Origin: Octopus sinensis
Lineage: Eukaryota
Reading direction: 5' to 3'
Assembly: GCF_006345805.1 (NCBI RefSeq)
Contig: NC_043008.1
Span: 2,356,001-2,420,000, forward strand
DNA length: 64,000 nucleotides
In this document: positions 15,294-29,298 of the stretch, one piece after another
Numbering within the stretch: the stretch's first letter is position 1
Layout of the letters: each line of letters opens with the position of its first letter
Notes under the pieces: generated by a model
The model's database searches: none
Seen by the model: only the letters and a program-made list of their open reading frames with translations
What the model was told of the DNA's origin: nothing
Position numbers and translations under genes: made by a program

Positions 15294-15386
15294 CAACAAT
15301 TGAGGGCAAAATTAATTAATTATTAATTAATTTCACCAAGTGTTCAGTATGCAAAGGGACCATTCAAGGCGAATTCAAATTATTAC

Positions 15387-15677
15387 ATTATATAAAAGGG
15401 CTTAGTAAAATAAATTACTTTGCCGCATACTGAACTCATTAGAAATAGCAGCTAAAAAACTTTTTTAAAGCTATTTCTAATACTTAAAGAAAATCTCTCT
15501 CATATATAGTGTTTGCTTAATTCAACTCACAATTTGTGAGTTGAATTAAGCAAACACTATATATGAGAGAGATTTTCTTTAAGTATTAGAAATAGCTTTA
15601 AAAAAGTTTTTTAGCTGCTATTTCTAATGAGTTCAGTATGCGGCAAAGTATTTATTTTACTAAGCCCTTTATATAAT
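15387..15677. repeat. 291-bp near-perfect palindrome (foldback/MITE-like)
   Basis: Arms 15387-15532 and 15534-15677 are reverse complements except for two 1-nt indels near the outer end; 1-nt centre at 15533; TA-rich ends. Confidence 0.95.
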
Positions 15678-15679
15678 AT

Positions 15680-15755
<76 letters not shown>

Positions 15756-18169
15756 GGGGTGAGGGCGCGAAGCAGTGATCGCATAGCATTTATAAATTGT
15801 ATACTGAATTCAGATATATGTCGTAACAATGCCTCATAGATTTTTCCTTCATACAGACTATATCGTGCTGAATTGGTATGTTCCTAGTTTATTAATATAC
15901 CGTTTGCTATAAGAGCGTTTCTGTATATCATCCTGGCCTTCTGCAAGAATGATAATGAAGCCTTTGATGGTAAAAACTAATATATTAGTTACTGTTTCTT
16001 TTACATGGAGATGAAACGAAACAGAACATGTTTTGTGCCTATTTTATGTCCGATTATGTGAACAGGAACTAGCGCTGTAGTAAAAAAATGGTGCTTAATA
16101 TATCTTACACTCTGGGAAACGAGGATTACCAAATTGTCAAAATTAAATTAATTTCTCTAGTTTGAGATTCTATTTTATGAACATATTCGGTTGGTTAGAT
16201 CTACATTTAGGAAAACCAGTTGCACAAATTCTTTCCAGAAACAACTTGTACATTAACTTTGCTTTGTGAAAATGTATGTTATAGATGGTCGGAGTGTCAG
16301 GGAGCCTGGCATCATATAATTCGCTTCTGTTTAATATATTTTGCTTCGGCTTTCTAGATATACTGGTTTGCATTTTAATCCTTGTCATCTCTGTCCATAA
16401 AATAATTTGCAATCAGTTCTCGCTGGCCTTTGCGATCGATTTTTATCTTTGATATGTGTGTCCCAGTGACAATCAATAAAATATGAAAAATATTGAAAAT
16501 AAGAAGATAACAAAGATTATAAACGTATATACAGAAATAACTATTGCTGTTATTGGGTGGGATCTGTTCAACCGAGATAAAGTAAATATATCAACTAAAC
16601 ATCTTACGGATATGATGATGAGAGTCATGGTGATGATGCTAAACTTGGCACTGCGCTGATGGTAGTGATCATAAAGAATGCACCCTATGGAAGTGTTTCA
16701 AGATTGTGTACATTATCATTTTGTTTTTTATCTACTCTTAGATAAGTGCTTAGATAAGTATTTATCTTATGTTAGATTAAATGACAAGGGTAAAAAAAAA
16801 AAAACATCTAATTTTGTTTGCTTGTGCACTTGTGCAGTCACCACATAAGTGCTACAAGAGCAATGCTAAGCTGTTAAATTAATAGACTTTATGAAATTGT
16901 TCATCTCTAATACTAATATCTCAAATGTTTTCTCAGAATTACTCTGTAAGAAGTAGTTACTTTGTAAGATTCACTGCGTAATAGGCTGGTCACGTGGCCG
17001 CATAGAATCCATCGCACAAGTATGTAATGTGCCGGCACACAAAGTGGCACGTAGGTACTACGGAATGTGAAATTTTGTCATATGCTACTCTGAAAACTAG
17101 AAATATCCAATTAAGCTGTGATAGTGTTGTTGTTTGCATGTAAAACAAATCACCTAATATCCTATTTAATAAGACATTCGAGGCTAAAATATCCCGCGTA
17201 TGCCACTGGTTACAACTACTGTCAGCCAACATATACGCAGCCCAATAGACACTAATTTGATAGCTTCCCGTGTAAAACAAATGAATATGAGTAAATGAAA
17301 AGGGAAACTTTAACTAATAAGCCGGTGTTGTTCCCAAGCCTAATCGACTACAAACGTATGGCCGAGGCATACAAATCTTCATACTTACATAAATACACGC
17401 ATAGAAATATGTGTAAACGAGTGCTTATCTTTATAAACACGCATGCCTTCCTCCTCACACACACACACACACACACACATGTAACTACTTACATAGGAAA
17501 TATATACATACAGCATTAATTATAATCCGAAACATCTTGTTTATAAGGAAACATCAAACAAGTGTTTTGCCTATAAGGAGAGTGAACCAATTGTTATCAG
17601 TTTCTCTATTCCAATGTTGGTTATATTTCTTTCAATTCAATTTTTAATTTGATTTTTTGTTGATATATTTTATCGAATATTATATGTTTTTTTTTTCAAT
17701 CTATATTGAGCTATTTCATTTAATTGAAGCAAGCAGCACAGAGTTATTGAAAGATAAGAGAAGTGATGAAAAAAGCTGATAGCAATTTCAAAAGATAGTG
17801 TGAAAACTTCTTCAAATAAGAATGATGACATATATCTGGCGAGTAAATTGACAGGGAGGTTTAACTATCAATTTAAGTAATTATTTATCCCTACAGAATG
17901 AGGTGTTTTTATTTCGAAATTTGAAACTGTTTCATATTTTTCCTCCCCTCAAGTAAAATCCTAGCATACTGGCTATTCAAAGAAACGGATATTGAATATT
18001 TCTTTTCCTTTTACAAATATTTTCGCTACCGTATAATTTTCCATTAATGATTAGATGCGATACGTATTGAAAATATTTAATTATGCATGTACAGACACAG
18101 ACAAACACACACACACATACACGCGCACCAGTATATGTATGCATATATGTGTTCAAATCTATCTATCTA

Positions 18170-18215
<46 letters not shown>

Positions 18216-20040
18216 GATATACATACACAGAGAAACAAAAACACCCATAAACACACACACACACACACACATATAAATATCCATAAAGAAATATATTCAT
18301 ACATGTATATATAGATAGAGTGATAGGTAGATACATACATACAAATATGCATGCATACATACAAACATATCTATAACATTTTATAGAAAAAAAAAACAAG
18401 TGCATTTCTCCATACATTTTGGGCAAATAGAGAAACCAGCCATTGTAAACGCAACAACACCTATCAAATGTTTGCTAAAAGTTTTCGATATTTCGTGAGA
18501 TGTAGAATTGCAGAAAAACGCTTTGTCATTTGAATGAATGTATTGCTTAGACAAGTGACATGTAGATTTGTCCTTGTGTTGATCTTGTGTAATTTCAATT
18601 TCTATACTAAGTTGTCTAATAATTGACCTAACATTGCCCTCCAAAGACACACATATACACATAGACACATACAGACACGTCACACACATTCACTCACATA
18701 CACCTACACTCACTCAGATATACTCTGTTTTTGCTTTACTATTCCTATGCTTAGAGCATTCTCTATTCTCAATGTAAGTCCACTGTTCCAATAAAATATA
18801 AACACTTTAAGCGTGACGCAATTAGTTATTTGTCTTCGGCCATCGGTCAAAACCGTTCGGATTGTTGAGCAAAGAATTTTGAAATATAATTAACTGAAAT
18901 ATCAACGTTTGGGAAACATTTATTGAAATTTACGCTTGGGAACATTTATTGAAATTTACGCTAGAGGTCGCGAAAATTCCCATCTTGAAATGGTTGATCA
19001 AGATTTTCAGAAAGCAACATTTCTCTCAAAATATTTATACTGAATATTGCAATAGTCCATATAATGCGCCTTGCAACAAAACGCATATGATCGCACGGCT
19101 GCAATAACAAATAGCATTTTGCCTTCTCCATTAATTCCGATAAATTATATAACAACAGAATGTAATTTTATATCTCTACACTTACTGATAAAAAGATGTG
19201 TGTTTTTATCAACTTGCCGCTTCTATAACGCCGATTTCTATCGCCCAGTTAGATATATTCATTGTTCCATACAATATTTTTGCATTACTTCCCTATCGAT
19301 CGGTCAAAGTCATATCTTTGAATGTAAGTGGTGTTCAAAGATTTTACCCACGAATAAATTGCTTTATATATTGTATCTGTTTTACCCTTTTGTTCACTGT
19401 TTGTCTGTGGGTTTTGAGACAGTTTGTTCAGATATTAACAAGTTCCTGAAAAAGGAGATGATATATATGAAATTATCTGCAAAGTGTATTTTTCGTCATA
19501 CATATGCTATGGAATCTGATCACAAATAACAGAACAATATTAGCAGATACCTAAATATTACTGCTCTGTAGATCTCACTGGTCAATTATTTAAGCCATTT
19601 ACTAATAGGTGTCATTCGTAATACAGTGATACGAGATATGTATTACTTCTAACAAGCATTGAGCGAGCAATCAACACAATTCCTTGAACTTTATCAGTTG
19701 CTTTAACTGAGACATTCTCTTTCAGGTGATACACTGCTTGCAGAATATGACACACCTTTCATGTAAGGTATTTTAGAAAACTATGTGGAATGATATGTCA
19801 GCATATATATATATCGATATAAAAAAGAATATTGTGCATGTTTATTAAACAACGAAAGACGCTGGACAAAACACAAGAATGAAAAATATATAAACGTATG
19901 AATAAAGATGTAGTACAAGTCATTTAAATACCAAGTCATTCGCAAACTGACTCTTCCACACATACACACATACACGCACAAACTTATACACACAAATATA
20001 TTCGTATATGTGTGTGTGTGTATGTATGAATATATATATA

Positions 20041-20092
<52 letters not shown>

Positions 20093-20153
20093 TATATATG
20101 TATATATAAATATAAATAATATGAGTATATATATGTATATGTGTATACACACG

Positions 20154-20184
<31 letters not shown>

Positions 20185-21879
20185 GTATACACATATATAC
20201 ATAAACCACACTTCTGTTGCAAGAATATGAATTTCCTGTGGAAATGAATTATCGTATCCTTATTATATATGTGTGCGTGTGTATGTGTGGGTGTGTGTGT
20301 GTGTGTGTGCGCGTGTGTGCGCGTGTGTGCGCGTGTTTGTGTGTGTGTGTGTTGGTTTCCAGTTCTTTTAATTTTTCGGCTGCCATAGCTATTGCATTAC
20401 TTGCTTAGCAATTTCCTCGTAAGTGAAGTTAACTTCGCTGTAATTATCTCTCTCACATATTATTTTGACTACCATTATATTTTATGTAATTACTCCATCA
20501 ATCCCGATTGACTGCATAATACAGAGTTCTTTATTTCTCTCGTAGATAATGCCTGGAAACTCATCAGAAATCATTTCCTTTCTCGGGGATGAATAACCAA
20601 ATATTAGTTATCAATTTGTTACTTATGTAAGCAGTAAATATTCTATTGAGTTATTGTAATTGCTTTTATTCCTTGTAGATTTCTACTCATTACTCATAAC
20701 ATGTAACCGCCAAAATACCTTTAATCAGAATCTATACGTCAATTAGTTAGAACGAAAGACACTTAACCATCAAATAGATGCTTTAAATATTTCCATTTCA
20801 GATATACCTTTGACAGTCTAATTGTCGTATATGTTAGGAACCACGCCGTGTGCCACGGTTGGCGATATCTAAGATCAGAAGTATTTCCACGACCACAAAA
20901 GCATCTATTTTGCAGGTTATGAACTAAGTTTTTCAATGCGTTATTCTATCATAAAACGGAAAACAATGGCCACAAATCTGGAAGTTTGACTTGTCACCTG
21001 AAACCGCCAATTCCGGGTTACTGGAACTATTAAATAAATATGCAAAATAATTTCTAACTAGAGGACATGACCAATTTATAGAGGAATAATTTGTACTAAT
21101 ACAATTATATTTCGAATGGAATTGAACAAATTAACAATGTAATGGACATACATACTATGACGCGTTAACTTTAGTATAAAGGGAGAAAATTACAGTGAGT
21201 GGAAGCTTGTAGAGTTAATTATTCTGTTGTATGAATGGATGTTTACCTTTTGTTGTTTTTACTATTGGGGGAGTTTCCAAAATTTCGAAAACATTAAAGT
21301 TTATACGTACAAGCACTGCAAAATATCTTGAAGATTTATGTGTAACGCAATTCTTTTACCACATGATCAATTAGTAAAAACAACCATATATTAGTATATA
21401 ATTTATGAAAGACAATATTTTCACTATGATCCACGTGACTTTATAGATGATGCTCAGCGCATCTGTATTTGGCCTGTGTATATAGAAAGTGATGAAACTT
21501 AAGGTGTCGTTGGTTGAATATGATGAGAGAAATATTTTCTGGTTGAAAGAGCTAGTTTTACAAAGTAGCCGTGTGTAAAAACGGTGTGTACAAATATCTT
21601 AACGATAAACATCCATCGAAGGCTGCTTTTATAAATTATAGAAACATTTTTGCTTAAATTACGAACGTCTTCATACCTCAGTGATAAATACGGGCATACA
21701 TACTGACACACACACATGCACATAGATACATACAAAAACACACGCACAGACACACATACTGGTGTGTTAATTTAGGTGTTTATATATTCAAATGTATGCA
21801 TGCATACATACAATTATTTGCATACACAATTGCTTTTATAGAAATTTCTCGCATCCCTTCTCTCTCAACTTCTGTCTTT

Positions 21880-21954
<75 letters not shown>

Positions 21955-22857
21955 TTAGTCTTGTTTTATATTCATGTGTGTGATAATATGCAAATTATTT
22001 CATTTTCAGCGTTTTCTCTTGATATTAACAATATTTAATATTTATATATCTCTACGTTTGGTTGTCATGAACATCACATTATAGTACTTGAAAATAAATA
22101 TTCTCGGGTAGAATAGTTCCGCCTGTATATTGTTTACATCTCACCGAACGCTTTGTGTTTGGTATCAGTATGAGAGCATTATTCCAAATGCTACCCGTTC
22201 ATTCCTCGCCTTTAGTTCTTTGTGTTTTTTATTTTATTTTGTTGTTACGCCTCTCAATAAAGCGGTTCTGATCGTTTATCTACTTTTCGTTTAGGACACA
22301 GAAGCTCAATAGTAGATTTTTTATTTCCTTTTTATTACTGATGCCGTTCAGAACGCCATATATAAATATATGATATTAAATTTCAATATATTCATTGTTT
22401 CTTTTTGCTTTTATATCTGCAACCATAAACATTATTTTTATATGTTTGTGCGGTTATAATTTACATTCTGTCCGACAGGGTAAGCGATAATGAAATCTGT
22501 AGGCAAGTACACCAAGTGCATATCACACTTTTTATTAAAAATCACGTGGAGAGGTGCGTAATGAAATACATATGACAGAGACATATATTTTAGATAGAGA
22601 GAAAATATGGAAGGCGATGAGACAATGAAAGGTTATAATATTTCGGTTCATATATCATTGCTTATCTGGTAAAGTCAAGCGGTCCATTCAATTTAATGTT
22701 CTGATGACATGGAAAGTTTCTTGTTTTACATTGTTGTCAGGTATTCATTTTCATTGTTTACGGGATTTTCCTGACGGTGACCCGCATACGTAGTACCTGT
22801 ATATGATAATCAGTTAATCAATGAGGAAAGAAGTAATGAGTGAGAAGTGGCTAGATC

Positions 22858-23259
22858 AACCAGTTGAGCATGTCCCTTAGTGGCTGACAATGTGTGCATC
22901 TCTGATAACAAGCAGAAGTAGTGGGGGAGCATCATAGCCGAGTGTTGAAAGGAATTCTTGGAGGTTTGGATAATTCACCTTTGGAAACATGGATGGTGCG
23001 TTCAACATCCTTAAATAATCCTTATTCAGTGTCCTTTTGAGTGGGGTGGGCTACTCGACCAGAAGTATATTCTAACTGGGCTCCACCTGCAAGGTCACGT
23101 GCTGTATATCTTGATATGAGATCACCATGTCGCGCACATATATGTTTGTGATGCAAGTGCCTGGTGTACGCTTATCAGACGGGTAGTCATAATGGGTATG
23201 CTGGGCTTCGTATATTTTACTCCAGTGTCACTTTGATGGCATACATTGCTCTCTCACTC

Positions 23260-23302
<43 letters not shown>

Positions 23303-23352
23303 GTAATAATAATAGTAATAATAATAATAATAAAATAATAATAATAATAATA

Positions 23353-23405
<53 letters not shown>

Positions 23406-23410
23406 TAATA
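22858..23410. mobile_element. Non-coding interspersed element copy 1 (left-truncated) plus (AAT)n array
   Basis: 22858-23260 aligns with about 23568-23962 (accagttgagca...gggggagcatcat...cagacgggtagtcat...ctctcactcaataat). Followed by about 150 bp of (AAT)n. Confidence 0.85.
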
Positions 23411-23414
23411 ACTG

Positions 23415-24013
23415 CCGTGATGGTCTACCAGGCACTTGCTCTCATGGCTTCTAATCTTAACTTATTGGAAGTCTTATCATGTACTTTGTTTCGTCTTCAG
23501 ATAAACGAATAGCTACAGTAAATATTCTGCTCAGCATCAGAGATTTGCTTGTAAGTTGTTTAACCTTAACCAGTTGAGCATATCATTTGGTGGCTTACGA
23601 TATGTTCATCTTATCATGAGCAGAAATACTGGGGGAGCATCATATGTCATGTGTTGAGAGGAATTCTTAGGGGTTTGGATAATTTACCACTGGAAACATG
23701 TTTCGTTGAACATCTTTAAACAACCCTTATTCAGGGATTTTTTGAGCAGGATAGCACACTCAACCTGAAGAAAAATCTAACTGAACCCCACTTGCATTGT
23801 CATGCGCTGTTGATCTTGATATTACATCACCATGTCGCTCACATATTGTTGTGATACATGTGACTGGTGTACGCTTATCAGACGGGTAGTCATGATGAGT
23901 ATGCTGGGTTTCGTATATTTTAACCCAGCGTCACTTTGACGACATGTACCTTTCTCTCACTCAATAATACCACCACCACCACCAACATAAACAGCAACAA
24001 CAACAACAACAAC

Positions 24014-24078
<65 letters not shown>

Positions 24079-24110
24079 TAATAGTAATAATGATAATAAT
24101 AATAATAAAC
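23415..24110. mobile_element. Non-coding interspersed element copy 2 (longer), flanked by (AAT)n on both sides
   Basis: Starts immediately after the AAT array of copy 1, carries about 150 bp extra on the left, ends ctctcactcaataat then (CCA)/(CAA)/(AAT)n. Confidence 0.85.
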
Positions 24111-24254
24111 CCCAAACCTAATATCGTCATCGCTAAGATAGCATAATGATACTCGTTGTATAAATTGTCATCACAATTCTCACAAATACTACTTGCCGTA
24201 TTCTCTTTAATCCCGCTGTTATCATAATCAACATCAAAACATCTTTACAAATAT

Positions 24255-24350
24255 TATCATCATCATCGTCATCATCATTATCATCATCATCGTCATCATC
24301 ATCATCATCGTCTTCGTCTTCATCATCATCATCATCATCATCATCAACCA
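24255..24350. repeat. (ATC)n microsatellite
   Basis: Directly visible. Confidence 0.95.
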
Positions 24351-25022
24351 CTTCATCCTGTTGTTTATCTTTGTCGTTCGAATAAGTATAAAGAGAATGA
24401 AACAATAATAAAATAACCTGAATGAATAAGATAAAATGAAATTAAAATGCGCGACAGGACGACAGCAAAATGTTTGAAAATGACAATGTGATAAAAGAAA
24501 AGAAAAAAGAAACAGACGGGGGGATGAAACCACTTGTGTTTAATGTCGTCTGCTGCTTTTATTTTGTACATATTTCTAACAGATTTGCTGAAGGTGTCGG
24601 AAGTCTCAAAGACCGAGAGAAAGAATTGCATTATTATGAACATCTGATGTGGAATCTGTGAAAGTATTCTTACTAATCTCAGTAAAGAATAAGACAAATA
24701 TCAAATATATAGTTCTTGCTTGTATTCGTTTTGTTTCCTCTGTGCTTGTTATTTGATTTTGTACTGTTTATTCAAAACTAGCATTGAAGTACAGCATTAC
24801 TAGGGTACATGTCCTACACATACTTAGTGAATATATGCTACTCTGTCGATTTGGTACTTTTAATTGCGTTTTAGATTAAACCGTAGTTATGGAGGAGTTA
24901 TCAAATGAGTTTGTGTATATATATATATACATATATATGTCCCTTCCTATTAGAGACTTTATCACTTCCCGAACGTTAAACTATACATCTATTTGTTGTC
25001 TACAGCATTATTTGTGAATCCT

Positions 25023-25088
<66 letters not shown>

Positions 25089-25105
25089 AGGATGATTCAC
25101 AAAAA

Positions 25106-25151
<46 letters not shown>

Positions 25152-25571
25152 AGGGACACAGAAAGAAACAAGGAGAGAAAATAAAGAATGTGTAGTGGCT
25201 AGCGATCTATCGTGGCTAATGCCGGACGGAAGGGTCATACGTGAGAGCTAGGAAGAAGCGGAGATAAAGTAATGGTGATCCCCAAATGAAGGTGCGCGTG
25301 CGTGTGTACAAGAGAGTATGTATGTGCGTGTGGAAGATGGCTTTTGATCTTGATGTGTTCGTGTGTGTATGTGTATACACACACATATATATATACATAT
25401 ATACACACATATACACACTCACACAGACATATATAAATGTATGAATTTCCATGTGTATATATGCTCACATTTGTATATGTATTTATATATTAATATATGC
25501 ATACCGACTCAGCAACACAAACACAAACGCACACAGATATACACACACTGAAATACACTCACACATTATAT

Positions 25572-25647
<76 letters not shown>

Positions 25648-25661
25648 GTGTGTGTGTGTGT

Positions 25662-25699
<38 letters not shown>

Positions 25700-26334
25700 T
25701 GTGAATAAATGTAACTACATTTATCTGTCTCGATATATGTCTACCTATATGTATGTTTATGTGTGTGTATGTCTATATATATATATATGATGAGAGAGAT
25801 ATAAACAGAGAGAAGGAAAGAGAGAGAGAGAGAGAGAGAGACAGGCAGTCAGAAAGAAGAGGGCAAAGAAGCAAATATCATTATATTTTGAAAATGGGAT
25901 AATTAGTAAATCTTATAAACAACCTGACGGGAGGGACAGGTGTTTATGTTTCACATATTCTTTTATATCCCAAGGCGCAGGAAGCTTGTTTGTATCATGA
26001 AAACATCATCCTTCCACCATTCAGGTGTTTTCTCAATTGATGTTCACTGTCTCTTTTCAATTCCTGTTTATTTTATTTTGTAACTGCTTTTTCCTGTTCT
26101 CATTGCCATAGTAACAAGCAAGTTTTCTTAGAACTTGTGTATTTACATAAAGCTAGGATATTAGGATTTATTTCATCCTTATTTGTATGTGTTTGAGTTG
26201 GTGACATTGTTCTCAAAACCGTACTAATTTTTTTTATTTTTCTAAATTTAAATGTGTTTGTGTACGATATGAAATATTGTCCAACTAATCCATCATTGTT
26301 GCAAAGTTTGTTTGCGTACGTAACATGACAGTAC

Positions 26335-26540
26335 AGGTTTAGGACGAACGTTGCTGTAATTTAATTCCATGAGACATCGTCTCCAGCTGGCTATACGCGA
26401 TCTGTGTCCTTATATTTTCGAATAAGGGAATCTACCACCCCCACTCAGCTCAAAACAATATCTGTGTATCGATATTTCCGGGTTTTTTCTCTTCATCAGC
26501 ACAGAATAATTGTTCGGCTAAAGTTGGCGCTGCCAAATTC
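26335..26540 (-). mobile_element. Short non-coding dispersed repeat carrying a hammerhead motif (PLE-terminal or retrozyme-like), copy 1
   Basis: Reverse complement aligns with 36245-36460 (tctgtg...agagaaa.aacc...gaaa...ttcgaaaatataaggacaca...tatagcca...acgatgtctc...cgtcc). Confidence 0.75.
26454..26514 (-). ncRNA. Type I minimal hammerhead ribozyme motif
   Basis: Minus strand: aacaat-tat-UCUGUG-CUGAUGA-agagaaaaaacccg-GAAA-UAUCGAUA-CACAGA-u-auuguu. Perfect 6-bp stem I plus 6-bp extension, intact core, palindromic stem III (tatcgata), AUA cleavage triplet at 26467-26469. Stem II is imperfect. Confidence 0.7.
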
Positions 26541-27744
26541 ACGTTCGAAACATGTAGTTTTCAAAGTGACAACTAGTCACTGATCTATAAAATACAAAAT
26601 TACTATATATCACGTTGTGATATAAATTTGAAAATTACTGTGATATAAATACGAAAATTACTATATCTGACGTTGTGAGATTTAAAATTAGTAATTTTCT
26701 AAGATTTCATTAAACATATGTAGGTGAAGAAAGAGAAGCAAAATTTACAGACTGAGTTGAAAGTTAGAATCGTTCCCACGCGATTAAAATATATCAATAT
26801 GATAATAATTTCCATAATGAAATAAACTGTGCAACCGTTGGTGCTAGCTAGTCTGGAGGTGTAACCAAATTCTTCCTGCCATGGTGGAATAAATCACAAA
26901 TGTTGTACTGCATGGAGTTTTCTATATCTGTATTGATGGCATTCGAGAAAGATATACACAACAACAACAACAATACTCACAGAATCGAGTGTTCTGAGAA
27001 GGGAAACAATACTAATAATCTTAATGCAGTATGAAAGAAAAGGGGTATATTATTACCGACAAAGTAATTACCACAAAAATGGACACCGCATTCCTACTAC
27101 AACAAGTTTTTAATTATTATTATTTTTTCTTTTGGTTTTATATTCATATTACCAGATATCGAGGAGAAGGAAGCACTTCAAAATTAGAATACATGCTTTG
27201 CTTTATATCTTTGCATTAGTCTACGTTCAGCTTAAAAAACGTCGTTGAGGTCAGCTTTGCTATTCATCATTCCCACGTCAATAAATATACTGGAAATCAA
27301 GAGATGTGGGCAAAATTATAGATCAACACCTTCCTTCAGAATTACTATCAGAATTACTAATCTGTATATTGATTGGACAATATGAAGTGCTACATGCAAT
27401 TGTGTTCGATACAGACATATATTCTTCTGAACATGCTATCTAAAGCAATGTATGTTTTAATAACTAATGTATTATAGGGCCAACTCACTTGAATAAAAAT
27501 ATCTTACTGCGAACTATTTACTTAAACATCCTACAGTTGAGATGGAAGGGGTTAATGAAGTCCATTGGTCCAAATACTTGAGTGATGTAATATGCTATCG
27601 ATCCCAACAAAAAATCAATTGATCTGGGGAAGAGTGTACGTAAAGTGAGGAACGAATACTTGAAACGACGTCTTCCATTTGCTAACCCAAACAATATTAG
27701 ATATATGTGTAAAATTAATCTGTTCAATGCCTGAAATTTAGGAT

Positions 27745-28340
27745 GAGGAAGCTAGTTTATTGCATCGACCGCAGTCTCCAAAGGATATTTATTTTGTCGA
27801 TTCCGATGGGCAGGAAAGGACACTGCAGCGGAATTTTAACTCCGGACATAGACACAGAAAAAATGCACCAGAAACATCTTCCCGGCGTGCGAACATTTCT
27901 GCTGGCTAGCCTTCACAACTATCAGCTATAATATGGATTATAGAAATTCATTCAATTCTGGCTGAAGATCAGCAATTCTGGAGGAATGGGGTCGGTAGAT
28001 TACTTGTCTAATATCTACTTTTATCAGTGGCAAAATTTTCAAAGGGAAGCTTAGTTTTAGCGGCATTTGAACTCGGAACTTCGAGCTCACATTCAATTCT
28101 GCAAACTATTTTGGGTGACGGAGAAGGTGTACCAGAAATCCATCTGAATAATAGCTTCAAATTTTGGTAAAAGGCTAAAAGTTTTTGATGGGAAGGGGTA
28201 AATTCATTACACGTAACTCACTACTTGACAAGTATGTATTTTATCGAACGGAAATGTTGAATTTGAACTCAGAATGTAACGACGACAAAGTGTTTCTTCC
28301 GGCGTGCTAATGTTTCTGCCATGCTGTCGTCTTTAGCCGC
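27745..28340 (-). mobile_element. Three adjacent degraded copies of SINE family C (Meta/Sauria-like central domain)
   Basis: Copies at about 27745-27915, 27960-28110 and 28148-28340 share tattttatcga...atttgaactc...ggcgtgcta...ttctgc with the reverse complement of 32311-32507. Confidence 0.7.
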
Positions 28341-28395
28341 GTTAAGGTTTATAATAATATAACAAAATTGATAACGACGATGTACTTCATACCTG

Positions 28396-28500
28396 TCATG
28401 ATGATGAGGATGATGACGATGATGATGCCGACGACGACGACGACGACGATGGCGTTGCCGACGATGATGATGAATATGAATATGTTGATAATGATGATGA
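28396..28500. repeat. (GAT)n/(GAC)n microsatellite
   Basis: Directly visible. Confidence 0.9.
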
Positions 28501-29177
28501 CATCAAAAAGTGGAAAGAGAGATTCGGTGTAACAATTTATATCGGAAGCAAACCAACTCGTCGACGGCTGCAGATCTTTGAATTTTAAAAGTAGAACATA
28601 CGAGAGAAAAGATTAGCAATCTCACAAATGTAATACCTTTCTAATATGTTCAAGACAGAGTAGAACACTATCAATGCTCGTATATTATATAGGTTCTGTA
28701 TAATTGAACTATATGTTTCTAAGTACTTGAAAAGCATAGCGAGTTATAAGGAAATGACAGTATCGCACATTATATTCATATATACTACTACGCTTAGGTA
28801 TTTTATATGTAAAAGCACTTTCACATCCATATTCAATACCATTCCATGGCTATAATCGTATATCTTTTCAATTTTCTCTCTTTACGTTACACATACACAT
28901 TCATATCAGGCATACGCCGAAACTTTTTTCATCTTTCCATCACAAATATAACAGATCCCTTCGTTTTATCATTAGCGACTTATATATCGAAGTTTTAATG
29001 GAGTGTAATTTTTTTTGCCCATATATTATTATGTTGAAATTTAATGAACGAGGCGCCTCGGGCAGTTGAAAGTATGAAATCACTTAGGTTCTTCTGCACT
29101 ATGTCATTCGATGTGTATCTTCTAGCAATTATACTAAATAACCAACGGGAAAGGAAAATATAGTAATAAATTTGATA

Positions 29178-29189
29178 AAGATAATAAGG

Positions 29190-29241
<52 letters not shown>

Positions 29242-29248
29242 TAATAAT

Positions 29249-29298
<50 letters not shown>

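Noticed and set aside
18381-18689. Minus ORF with complex-looking sequence (EGNVRSIIRQLSIEIE...)
   Set aside because: No recognisable domain and no convincing splice boundaries.
22695-22735. ctgatga-catg-gaaa hammerhead-like core
   Set aside because: Stem I arms do not pair.
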